A DNA stretch of 64,000 bases, from assembly GCA_951406725.2 (NCBI GenBank), contig OX597827.1, forward strand, positions 35,526,001-35,590,000, in the 5' to 3' direction. Position numbers and translations under genes: made by a program. Each line of letters starts with the position of its first letter. Positions within the stretch are counted from its first letter, which is position 1. The notes beneath the pieces were generated by a model. That model saw nothing but the letters and a program-made list of their open reading frames with translations, had not been told where the DNA came from and did not search any database. This DNA comes from Octopus vulgaris. Lineage: Eukaryota. Below are positions 11,601 to 24,339 of this stretch, piece after piece.

Positions 11601-14297
11601 ATAAGGTGTCCAGTACAAATGATACGCAGTATGTGAATTTGTGCACATATGATACAGAGAATGCAAGACTTTATGAACAAAAAACAAACATACAGTATTT
11701 ATGGAAAAATAATATGAAAGATTTGCTGTACAAAGAATTTAAAATGTACAAAATTTTGTGTAATTATATTAAATATGTAAGTTTTTTTTCTTTTTTGACA
11801 CATACAATGACATAATCAAAGGTGTTATTTGTATTTCAAGCATTTATGTAAAAGAGTTCTTACATAAATTCTCTTCAGTCAAAACATCTCAGATGAATAA
11901 GTTATAATGTAAGAACTCTCTTACAAAATTACTTGAAACACTTATATTAAATGTCCTTGCTTCAATAACATGGTTAATACTAACAAGGATATAGCAATGG
12001 AATGTTTTACTGGACCCGAGTCAAAAGATTCTGGTAAAGTGTATGGCATCAAAGCATACCTCACAAAATATATATATATATACAATATTATAATGTTGTC
12101 TACGTGATATTCAATATGCAGGACTTAAAGTAAAACAAAAATTCCACACTGAATCAAGATGGAGAGTACAAATCATATTCAGTGTGTAAGGGTTTGAATA
12201 AAGGGATATACCATATCTAAAACAGTGACTATCCATGACGGGCTTTGTGTAAAAAGGATCTACCACATACAAGCTGGAGACTATGAAGATATGCAATCTG
12301 TAAGATTTTGTGTAAAAAGTGTATAAAAGATTATAGATATTGAATACAAAATATATTAAATATAAAATATTAAATATAAAAATATTAAAATTTTTGTATA
12401 AAAAAGGATAAAGTACATCTCAGGTGTTGAGCATAAAAAGATTTTCAATGTGTCATAGTTTGTATAAAAATAACATGTAGCATATCTAAGATATGGTGTA
12501 TAACAAACTGTCATTGTGTAAAAGTTTGGTTTGTATAAAACAAAATGTACTACAATTAAAAAGTGAGTAGGAAAGCTTCATTTGTGCAAAGGTTTGTATA
12601 AAAAGGATGTAGCACATTTAAGATATAGAAGACAATGTGTGTACAATGAACAAGATGTTTTTAACAAAAATATATGCTATGTACTAGAACTAGTGTACAA
12701 GAGATGTACGGTACACAAGTTTTGGTATAGAATGAAATTGAAGCTACAGATTCTATAAGGCACAAATGCATATATACCTGCATATTCACATACATGCATA
12801 TGCACACATACATACACACTAAAGCATCAAACTAATGCAATATTTGAAAAAAAACACTTCTCCCAACTGTATTTTCTTTATTCTTTTTGTTTCACAATAT
12901 GTGTGTGGGTGTGTGTGTCGATGGTCGATGTTGTCTGTTTATCAGTTTGGGATGTCTTTGAAAAATGAAGAAATTAGTGACAAATGCTGACTGTCAAATT
13001 GTGATAGCTTTCTTTCAGTCTGCTTTGCTCTGCATTTATGATGATGTACTTGTTGACTACACACACACACATGCACGCACATGCATGCACACATGCATGC
13101 AGACACACATACACACACATATATGCATATATACATGCATGCCTAAATAATATATACATACATACATGCCTATGAATGTCACTACTCACACTCTATGAAT
13201 GCATTCCTTCCCACCTTCCTTCCCATGAACCACCGTCCTTATCCTGTCTTATGCCCTCCTTCTTGAACTTTGAGAGTTCACTCTGGCACTCCACCACTAC
13301 CTTCCTTTATTTCCTTCTCAACTACTGCCACCCACCTCTATACATAATAGGGGTGAGCCATGTATCTCTTCTAAAGCAAGATACCTGTACTTGTCCCTCT
13401 ATCTTACTTTAGCCCAACAAGCATGAAGCCACTTTCCCTTCTCAAATACTCCCTCACTTTATTGAAGGAGCTTTTTCCTTTTCCTTTCCCTATTCTTCCT
13501 TGTTCTTCTCCTCTCTTACAAGTTACTTGGCAACCTCACAAGTGCTAGTAATTCACAAAAAAAGCATTCTATACACTCTGTAAAGTGGTTGGTGTTAAGA
13601 AGAGCATCCAGTTGTAGGAATCAAAGCTGATTTGAAGCTTGCCAGAACCATGCCAACATGGAAATTGGATGACAAATGATGATGATAATGATGTACATAT
13701 GTATGTATGATTCTGTGAAGTTGAAATCTGGCCTGAAAAGTCATTTACAAAGTCATGAAAGAGGCTCAAGAAGAAATTCCAAGATAACTTACTTGAGGAC
13801 GAGTTGACAACTAATATGCATGCATGCATGTATGTATGTATGTATGTATGTATGTATGTATGTATGTATGTATGTATGTATGTATGTATGTATGTATGTA
13901 TGTATGTATGTATGTATGTGGGACAAAGAAAACATCTGAGAAATTATAATGGAAGATAAATCTCATGACAGAGCAAGTATCATAATTTAGAATTTCATAG
14001 CAAACAAAATATTTGGGGCAGTCATTGGTTTAAGAATGTATAAGAAATAATACCAACCAGAGTGTCAGCTCCACCACCACTACTTTCACTATCACTACCT
14101 ACATGTTGCAAAATAAATAGTAAAACAAACCTAATAAACATAAAAATCAAATCAACAAAGTCCATTGGTAAACAAATAACAAAGATCTTGTTGATGATAG
14201 TGATGGTTTTGCTAACAAGGATGATTATGATGATGAGGAGGAGTGGAAGAAGGAAGAGTAGTTGAAGGAGGATGACAATATTCCTTTTATGTAAGTA

Positions 14298-15574
14298 CCA
14301 TATTTACTGGCATATAAGACATGCTTCTTTTATTATCAAATGTATAAAAAAAAATCACTCTGTATTTGATGCAGCCATATTATGGATAAGAGATTGAGTG
14401 CTTTAGGCTAGGGAAGCTAAGCATAAGTCCACAAGACACAATAATTGTCACTGATAATAAATATTGAAAAGCAAGCCAAACTATCACAGCTTATTAGAAC
14501 AAACTTATGAAAAATTGCTTAAGGTACAGTTAAGGTACAGCAGTTATGTGGGGATTTCACAACATCTCTTTATATCTCCTTCCCCCAGCTTACATAACCC
14601 ACAACAAATGTGTCTTACATTATTTAATGGCTATGTTACCTTTAAGAAACATTTTCTTCTAGAAAGATAAAAGGAATGTTTAACTTTCATCTACCTGTCA
14701 GCTATTTGTAATGAGTGCATGACAAAAAAAGTATAGTGATGATGCCCCACCCTGGTGATGGATCAGAGTAACAAAAACATCATAGCCAAAAATATGAGTT
14801 TTACATCCTGTATAGCAACTCTTATAACCAAAATATAAATAAATTTGCAATTGATCTAAAAGAAGAAAAAGTTGAAATACAATGCTCATATAATGTTGAT
14901 TATTTATGATAAATTTGTGGCTAATAACAAGAATGAACTTATTGTATACAGTGCTCAGGTGCACTACAACTCATCAGAAAAAGTAACCAAAACTGCATGA
15001 ACAGTATATAGAATATACACAGGAAGTGAACAGTGAATAAGTCTTTAAAAAAAAATGAAAATGAGAAAAGAAATGGAGTGGGGGTGTACTGTTGGCGAAT
15101 TTCAGGAAGCATGGAAGTTTTGAAGGATGTAGTGTCTCAACAGCTAACAACTGATGCAGGTAGTTTGTTTCATGCTTCAGCCATTCTGAGCATGAATAAA
15201 TGTTTCCCAAAAACACGGGTGCCATATTGTTTTTTGATTTTGTAAACATATCCATAAGTGTTAGACATATGGAATTTAAGAAAATGCCCAAAGTTATTGT
15301 TGGAAAGATGGCAGTTAATCTTGTAGGTTTCTACCAAGTGAGTTGCCAGATGTCAGAGTTTTAATATGTTTCATACTTTACTCTAGTATATTGTCACAGC
15401 ACATTATATCAATATGCACAGATGCATATATTTTCCACCTATAAAAACCACTTTAAAATATCTTTCAATATGTGTATGATGACAAATACTAAATTTGTTC
15501 ATTCCACAAAATATGCTTTGTCAAATAGGGTTGCATTTTATGTCAGAGTGTATTTTATATGCCAGTAAATACAG
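14298..15574. mobile_element. Non-autonomous pogo/Tc2-like DNA transposon
   Basis: Terminal inverted repeats ccatatttactggcatataa and ttatatgccagtaaatacag, each flanked by TA. Confidence 0.65.
15070..15350 (-). mobile_element. CR1/L2 LINE 3' remnant nested in the pogo-like element
   Basis: Minus-strand KHLFMLRMAEA*NKLPASVVSC*DTTSFK resembles the CR1 ORF2 C-terminal FFSxRVVxxWNxLPxxVV...FK. Confidence 0.55.
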
Positions 15575-16033
15575 TAGGATAATGACCTAAAATATTGTGA
15601 GTGGGGAGATATCTATAAACGATAGAAACAATTATACAAGTTCAATCAAATGTAGGATGTTGATGTATTACTTCAGTCTACCTAGCTGACAAAATAGGTT
15701 TCACATCCAACTTTCCATGTCCCTGCTCCACATTCCAATGAATTGTAGTAGAAAATAAAATCCTGTTGTAGAAATATTTACTTCAAAATAAAGCAAATGT
15801 CCAAATTTGCTAAATCAGTATACAAAAAAAAAACAACAAAAAACTTAAAATAGTAAATGAAAATAAAATAAAATTTTCATGTTGCTTATGACATTAGTCC
15901 AACCGCTAGTGACCATATGTTCACTAAACTATACTCAAAGGAGTATTTGATCTCAAGATAATAGACAGAAAAACTTTTTTACTCTCCTGCTTTTTCTACA
16001 TCATCTTACTCTTATTCTCTTCCCTTCACTTTT

Positions 16034-16240
16034 TCTTCTTCTTCTTCTTCTTCTTCTTCTTCTTCTTCTTCTCCTTCTTCTTCTTCTTCTTCTTCTTCTT
16101 CTTCTTCTTCTTCTCCTTGTCGTCATCCTCCTCCTTCTTCTTCTTCTTCCTCCTCTTCCTCCTCCTTATATTCCTTCTCTGGTTTCCTCTCTTCGTCTTC
16201 CTCCCCCCACCTCCTTCCTCACTTCCTCTTCCATCTCCTC
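16034..16240. repeat. (CTT)n/(CCT)n polypyrimidine microsatellite
   Basis: Direct observation. Confidence 0.95.
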
Positions 16241-16357
16241 CCTAAACTTTTCTTTTCAATGAGACCTGTCAGTGATCCCTCCAACCAGTAATGGAATTTC
16301 AGACCACTCTCAGATCTGCAAGTTAACAAACTATTTGTTAACATTGAGTTCAGTTTA

Positions 16358-16572
16358 AGGCAGCGAGCTGGCAGAAACGTTAGCACGCTGGGCAAAATGC
16401 TTAGCAGTATTTCATCTGTCTTTACGTTCTGAGTTCAAATTCCGCTGAGGTCCGCTTTGCCTTCCATCCTTTTGGGGTTGATAAATTAAGTACCAGTTGT
16501 ATACTGGGGTCAATCTATCGACTGGCCCCCTCCTCAAAAATTTCGGGCCTTGTACCTAGGGTAGAAAAGAAT
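16358..16572 (+). mobile_element. Family 1 SINE
   Basis: Full head and core matching the other copies. Confidence 0.85.
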
Positions 16573-17243
16573 ATTAAGTTCAGTTTCCTTTAACTAACAT
16601 GTTCAATACAAGGAACATAATTTAAAAAAACAAAAGGCAAAAAAAAACCTAAACCTGAAATAATAATGTGATGTGAGAAATGAACCTTATTAGTCTTTAA
16701 CTATCACAACTGAAATATTTAATGGTCAATAATGCAATGACCCAATGATTGATTCTACTTGTATTCAGTTATTGTATTATAAATTATATAAACAAATGAA
16801 GCATGGAAGACAACGTGGAGAGGTTTTAGCTTCAACAAAACATAGACATTGGTGAAACAGTGATGAGAAAATCACTATAAACTAAATGTCCAAGATTACA
16901 GATTTGATTGTTATGGGTAGTTAAAGTTGTTTAGAGACTAGTGACTCTTGTGGTTCGTTTCAGTGATATATGAGTTCCCCATGGTGCTTATTTAATAGGG
17001 GACTAAACCACTGAGATGATATTAATCATATCCAGGGAACAGGCTACCTATTTGTTCATATTTCTTACTAAAATATCAACTCAGCATTTTGCTTGTATTG
17101 TCAATTTTTTTTTAGTTATTTTTTTATTTTTTTATTTTTTATAATTTTTTATCTTTTGTATTTTTGGCTTTACTGATACAAAAAGCTTTACTCAAAAAGC
17201 CATGCTTGTTGCACGTAAACATAAAATATATAATCACATGCAG

Positions 17244-17284
<41 letters not shown>

Positions 17285-18838
17285 TACATACACACACACA
17301 GGCACATGCAGAAACACACGCAAAGACACACACACAAGCACACACCAAACACACTCAATGCACTCTATGCTTAGCTTTGCTTTCCTGTGCATTGCTTGTT
17401 ACTGGTGGGTATGACATCATACAAGTTTTGTTTTCTTTGGCACAGGAGAGCATGATGTCCTACTATCTAAGGGGGATAATTCTTTTAAGAATTTTTTTTT
17501 TTGTCTTTAATCAGCAAAAACATAAATGCCATTAAAAAAGGGGGAAAATAATGTAATTCTAGAAATAAATGGTAACTACTGCATTTGATCCACTCTCCAT
17601 TACATGGAACCCCACCAAGATCACAAAATAAACTATCCTAACCTAGAAGAAAATCAAAGAAAATTTTAAACTACATCAATAAAGAAAATGATGTAACAAT
17701 CTAACTAACCAAACTAAACTGTCAAATTCTTTCTATGTTGTGGATGAGTATATTGTATATTAGTATTGACTTCTTGCATTGGCAGAAGGCCAAAAATTTT
17801 CTGGAAAGAAGACTATTGTTAATTTAATCAAGCCTATTGACTCAACAGAGTTAAAAGGTGAAGACACATGTCCTGGTGGCTAGGGTTTCGAATCCTAGAT
17901 CAGGCAGTGCATTGTGTTCTTGAGCAAAATGCTTCATTTCACATAGCTCCAGTCTACTCAGCCATAAATGAGATCCAGCGATAGCTATGACTGACTGGGA
18001 TCCCATTGAGGAGGAGAGTTATGATCTCAGATATTTATACATCAAGGAAACTCGGTAACAGGTTTTGTAAGTCCTTGGACTTAGTACAGTCCTTTAGGCT
18101 AAGAACAGGGTTAAAATGCAGATTTCTGCTTCTTATAATTCCTACAATGCCCTATTGCAATGTTGAATTATTTCCAGTACTTGACTGCTATTTTATTTTA
18201 TCAACCAAAAGAGGATAAAAAAGGCAATGTTTACTTAACTGGGATTAGAAATCAGCACAAAGAGCCATAGTAAAAACTAGGGAGAAGGCATTTTTTCCAG
18301 TACTCTATCAATTCCACCAAACGGGTGGAAATTAAAAGTAAAAAACTGGAATAAAATATTATGCCAATATAAATATTATAGAAGAGAAAAATTTAACACT
18401 GCAGAAAAAAAACATTTCTTTGGAAATGCCAAAAATATATTCCACTGTTTAAAATCTTTATATTCCAATTTGCTGACACAGACCATCGCTAGTTTTATCA
18501 AATTTAACTTTTGCACACCTGAAACTTGATTTCACTTCATAAAATGTTAAAACTGAATTCTATCTCGGTTGTGGCCTCTTGAAGAAGAAGAAAACCACTG
18601 TCACTCAACAAACTTTGTGCAAAAATAATGTTGACTTCTTACAATGGCCCTGTGGCCAATCCACTGGTCACACACTAATTAAAACAATGTGTTGATAAGT
18701 CGATGTTAGAAATAAATATTATGAAACTATTCCTTTCAAGATCTAATTGTATTCTAATTTTGCCAACCATATTTCATTGTTTACAGTCAAAATAGCTATA
18801 ACACACACACACACACACATTACACACACACACACATT

Positions 18839-18882
<44 letters not shown>

Positions 18883-18928
18883 GATGATGATGATGATGAT
18901 ATATATATACACATATATATATATATAC

Positions 18929-18986
<58 letters not shown>

Positions 18987-19093
18987 ATGTGTGTGTCTGT
19001 GTGTGTGTGTATATATATATATATGGGTGTGTGTGTGTATATATATATATGAATATATATGTGTGTGTATATATATATATGTATATATGTGTG

Positions 19094-19142
<49 letters not shown>

Positions 19143-19603
19143 ACTATGGAAGGGTTGGTGACAATGGTAAAAGAACAGAATCATTTGAGTGGCAGATGAA
19201 ACACCTAGTGCTGTTAAGTAATGTCTGTCTATATCTATTAATCCTAAGTTCAGTTCCTGATGGGGTCCTTCAATGGTTCTGATAGAAAATGTACCAGTGA
19301 AGTACATGAATTAATTTTCTCAACTATATCCCTTGCAGAAAATGTGGTTCTTTACTTCTATAGAAGAAATCCCTATAAAATATTTCAACAAATGTCTTCT
19401 CACCTTTCTCACTTTCTCTCTATCTCTCTTTGTGCTTGTCTTTATCTATCTTTTTCTATCTATTAATCTTTTTCCATGTCTTGTTCAGCTTTTCTTCCTT
19501 CACTTCTATTTTTATCTCCAGTACAGATTCTTGTGTATGAATGCGTAAGTGCATATATACTTGTGTGTGTGTGTATGCATGTATGTTTGTATATGTGTAC
19601 ATG

Positions 19604-19649
<46 letters not shown>

Positions 19650-20304
19650 CGTACATATAATTTGGTAAGCTGAAATCAGCTCTGACAGCTACAAATAGCT
19701 TCTTTAGCTTCTTCAAATGACTGCCAAAGTAATTCTCTAGGTCACCATGCATGTATACATACATGAGTGTGTGTATGTGTATGTGTGTTCGTGGGTATGT
19801 ATGTGTGTGTGTGTGTAAGTACATGCATGTATATATACTTACACACAACATATACCACTATATCTGTTCATGTACATATTTCTTTACTGCAACGGCTGAT
19901 GCACCACGCATGTTCAAACCATGCTAGCATGGAAACGAGACATTAAACGATGATGATGGTGGTGATGATGGTGATGATGATAAAACTATCAAAGTAATAA
20001 TAATAAATCACAACAAATTCACAATATACAACACAAAGCACACACACACACACACATATCCTTACTAACTGAAAAATATAAAAACATATGATGCAATCCT
20101 TTCTATATTTTTAAACCTGTTATTTCTCAATCAATTTATCATCCATGCTAAATGTCTACTATTATAAAATAATGGGACTTCTTTTTCCCCTTTATTTTGC
20201 TTTTTTATGGAGAGAGGAGCTGATGCTGATATTTTTTATGTTGCTGTAATGTGTTCATTTGTTTTAATATATTTCTATATAATGTCTATGTAACTGAAAA
20301 GATT

Positions 20305-20360
20305 AATAAAAGCTGATGTCAACACAATTTTGTTTTGTAGTTTATCGTATTTTTTTTGTT
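20305..20360 (+). terminator. Candidate polyadenylation signal for the K2P gene
   Basis: AATAAA at about 20305, preceded by TGTA elements and followed by a U/GU-rich tract. Assignment to this gene is inference. Confidence 0.3.
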
Positions 20361-20372
20361 TTTTGTTTTAAA

Positions 20373-20408
<36 letters not shown>

Positions 20409-20548
20409 GTTCTGTATTGTGGGAAAGGATGAATAAGATGAAGAATGAAGTGGATAAAAATATAGTCTTACTGCAAGGGTAACCATCAATATTTATTAAT
20501 GTAACTGACAACAATCTTCCTGATTATCACTAACATTGTTAATGATAT

Positions 20549-20742
20549 CTATTTCTTTACTACCCACAAGGGGCTAAACATAGAGGGGACAAACAAGGAC
20601 AGACAAACGGATTAAGTCGATTATATCGACCCCAGTGCGTAACTGGTACTTAATTTATCGACCCCGAAAGGATGAAAGACAAAGTTGACCTCGGTGGAAT
20701 TTGAACTCAGAACTTAACGGCAGACAAAATACCGCTAAGCAT
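20549..20742 (-). mobile_element. Family 1 SINE (5' truncated) followed by (CAT)n
   Basis: Matches the copy at 2386-2616. Confidence 0.85.
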
Positions 20743-20781
20743 CATCTTTGGCATGACCATCATCATCATCATCATCATCAT

Positions 20782-20834
<53 letters not shown>

Positions 20835-20899
20835 ACATCATCATCTTCAGTTATAGCAGTGGATGGCCAAATTAATACAGATACTGGTGCTGAATAGCT

Positions 20900-21870
20900 A
20901 ATAGGATTGCTCAGTTTGGCTCACTCCTGAATGGTGTTCCTTTCGAAGACTTACTACAACAGCCTGGCTCTCTGCAACTCTTGCAATGTCAGTCTCTATG
21001 AATGTATTTTGCGTTTCCACAGGAATTATGATACCGCTATTGCATTTTTACCTGTACACAGCGTCCTGTCGCTTACTAGAGATTGTCTGACCTGCAATTC
21101 CCTGAGTATTTTGTGCGATGAGATAAACGTGTAGTCTGGAAAGGAATGTGGATATTCCATATTTACATTTTAAGAACACCTTTCTGAAACAGTTCATCTT
21201 CCGCTTTGGAAGGTTTTGGTTTTTGTGTGTACCACTTCTGCAGCGCAGCTTGGTCGCACAAATCAATAATGGTAAATCTTGGATTCTGTCATAAAACCTC
21301 CATAGATTGGCAGCAGAAAACCACCGAAATGTGGTAGAAGGACTGAGAGTTGATGTTGAGATTGACAAAATGGTTCTGATCCTTCGGAAATCCTATGTGG
21401 CAGGCTTGTGAAAACGGTTTGGCTTTTTGGCAGACTGGAACGGTTGACCAAGAAGACATTTATGGTCCTACTGTCAACCGAATGTGGTGAGGGTGACAGA
21501 TGAGATGCTGAGACTCTCATTCCACTCATTACCCACTACATCAGGCAGGGGTTAATAATCTACAGCGATTATTGGCATGCCTACAGTAACCTGAATAACC
21601 TGGACTATACGCACTATCAGGTTAACCATAATGAACATTTTGTTGATCCCCTTAACCCATCTATTCACACGGAAAATAGTGAGCATTTATGGAAGCCTCA
21701 AGAAGTGCATTATTGGACCTGGAATTAGACCTGGCTTCCTTTCCATCTCACCGCCAACCCAACGACTTCATAAGCTTCTTTTGGAGGCAGCAAGGATTAT
21801 ACCCAGGTTCCTCATGACACAGAAAACTGTATACTGGTTCCTGATGTTGTTCACCAATAGCTCCTAAACA
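20900..21870 (+). mobile_element. Degenerate Merlin (IS1595/ISXO2-like) DDE transposase
   Basis: Translates as VDVEIDK...GRLVKTVWLFGRLERLTKKTF...DAETLIPLITHYIRQGLIIYSDYWHAYSNLNNLDYTHYQVNHNEHFVDP...HTENSEHLW. This matches the VEIDE, WVFG, SDxWxAY, VNHS..FVDP and HTQxIE motifs, but has stops and frameshifts. Confidence 0.85.
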
Positions 21871-22454
21871 GGGCGTTGGCACATTTTTTAATACTGTAAA
21901 ACATTCAGGACAACTCTTCTGACCCCCAACGGTGGTGATGTGCTAAACACAACAGCTAAATCGCCTTTAATTTTTTTTCCATAGTGAAACCATATTTAAC
22001 ACCGTATTTATGAATTTGTTTCTCTCACCATGATACATGGGATCTTTTTTTAAAACCCTTTTCTATTAATGAATCCCCCAAATATTTTTTTCAAATATTT
22101 TTCCATTACACTCAAGCAAAAAAATACAATTTATGAATTTCTTTCTCTTCAAAAGTCGTCTCCCCACCCCCTCGGAAAAAATTTCCCCATAAATTTCTTC
22201 ATAATCTTGATATATGCTGTTTGAAAGGTATTTATATAAAATTTCACTAAAAGATATCCATTTTCCTAAAAGTTATAAGGGGAAAATTGGATCTTGTGAA
22301 TTTTCCAAGAGTCCTCTCCTCGCCCACCCACCCCAGGTTCGTTGGCGCAATTTTTTGTTTTATATTCGTTTAATACACATATTACATTTGTTTTTTTTGT
22401 TTGTTTTCTTTTCTTTTCTTTTTTTCTGGTGGCCAGGTATTAAAGTAGTAATTT

Positions 22455-23170
22455 TTTTCTACTCTAGGCACAAGGCCCGAAATTTTGGGGGAGGGTGCCA
22501 GTCGATTAGATCGACCCAGTACGCAACTGGCACTTAATTTAGCGATCCCGAAAGGATGAAAGGCAAAGTCGACCTCGGCGGAATTTGAACTCAAAACATA
22601 AAGACTGACGAAATACCTATTTCTGTACTACCCACAAGAGAGGACAAACAAGGACGGTCAAACGGATTAAATCGATTATATCGACCCCAGTGCTTAACTG
22701 GTACTTATTTAATTGACCCCGAAAGGATGAAAGGCAAAGTCAACCTCAGCGGAATTTGAACTCAGAACGTAACGGCAGAGGAAATACCTATTTCTTTACT
22801 ACCCACAAGGGGCTAAACACAGAAAGGACAAAAAAGGACAAACGGATTAAGTCGATTATATCGACCTCAGTGTGTAACTGGTACTTATTTAATCGACCCC
22901 GAAAGGATGAAAGGAAAAGTCGACCTCGGCGCAATTTGAACTCAGAACGTAGCGGTAGACGAAATACCGTTAAGCATTTCGCTCAGTGTGCTAACGTTTG
23001 TGCCAGCTCACCGCTTGTAGTAATGAACTGACCTGTTAACTATTTCCCACTAAAGAATGAAGGGCAAAGTTGACCTTGATGGTGTTTGAATTCAAATTAC
23101 CTAAAGCTGGAACAAATAACGAGACATGTTACCCAATGCGCTAACGATTCTGCTAACTTGCAGCCTCGGT
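22455..23170 (-). mobile_element. Family 1 SINE with a triplicated core, plus an older adjacent copy
   Basis: The block cccgaaaggatgaaaggcaaagtc(g/a)acctc occurs three times at about 170-180 bp spacing. Confidence 0.85.
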
Positions 23171-23559
23171 GAAAATTATTGGAAGTGAGCAGATTTAGTG
23201 TCAAGGGAGAGAACTTTAAACGTTTTCAGTTCCTTAGTTATGATTAGTAGAAGCAAAGTTGTCCGCGTTTATCGGTGCTGTAGTAATTAGTTTACTACAA
23301 GGAAATGTTCGTAAAAAATATTTTACGAAATAGCGAGCAGTGGACAATGAAATTAATTGATCGGTTATTGCTGCTTCATTTCATCTGTAAAGATCAGAGA
23401 CTTCAACGAATTTCTCTTGTGATTCTCTTTAAGAATTACTTTGAAATATATCGAGCTGGCATAGCGTCGACTGCTAATTTCTGATTCTACTAATTTCTAA
23501 TTTCTACTTTCAGCATCCTCTCTCTTCGCATTGTGTGGGTCAATGGGTGAGAGTTTGAG

Positions 23560-24300
23560 AGATTGAAATTTCAGTAAAAGTTTCGAAATTGCACCACACC
23601 CTATTCTATTTTTTTCCTTTTTCTAGATTCGTAATCTCAGCAACAACTGAACACTCGTACGTCGTCTTTGACGGGAGACGCCATCATATATATGTAGCGA
23701 ATCTTGCATACACGATGTGGATTCGATCCACCATAGCCAAATTTAAATCAACACTGCTACAGAACTTTTCCCACGGCGGAACAATGGTTTTTCTCTGACA
23801 GCAGTTATTACATTTTCCAGATGCCTTTAGCCAGCCAGAAATAATGTCTTCACCACTTGACCCTTTCTGACCTCTTCTACTTCCAAAAGCTAGAATAGAT
23901 AACGAGACCATCAACTAAATCTATTGTTCTCAATAATATATCTATCCTTCTGGATCTTAATATAAGCAAGCACATCCCTAGCAAAAATCAGTTTAGTCAT
24001 CAGCCAGGTCACAATCATCTGCGTACAAGAACTCAATGATGTGAGGATGAAGAACGTTCGTTTTGATTCAAAGTCTCTTGAGGTTGAAAAGGTTTCTCGC
24101 TGTCCAATATCTTATACAGACCCCTTCAGCGCAATGTTCGAAAGTTACTTGAAAGTCTATTGCAAAATGCGGAGCAAACAATGTAGGAGCAGGAATATCA
24201 CCTTGTTTTACACTATTTTCCACAGAAATTGGATCTGACTAGGTGTCTCCAACATTAACTTTCACTTCCATTTCTCATGAAATTGTCTTAGCAGTTCGCC
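23560..24300 (-). mobile_element. Very degenerate LINE RT remnant
   Basis: SVDLNLAMVDRI resembles FVDLEKAFDRV, and the preceding segment resembles GFRxGRGTxD. Weak signal. Confidence 0.3.
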
Positions 24301-24339
24301 AAACGTGATCGATAAAATTACTTATGTCCCCGCAACTTA

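Noticed and set aside
10672-11687. Many overlapping YI/CV/HT-rich ORFs (also at 18.8-19.8, 50.5-52.3 and 56.7-59.5 kb)
   Set aside because: Microsatellite translations.
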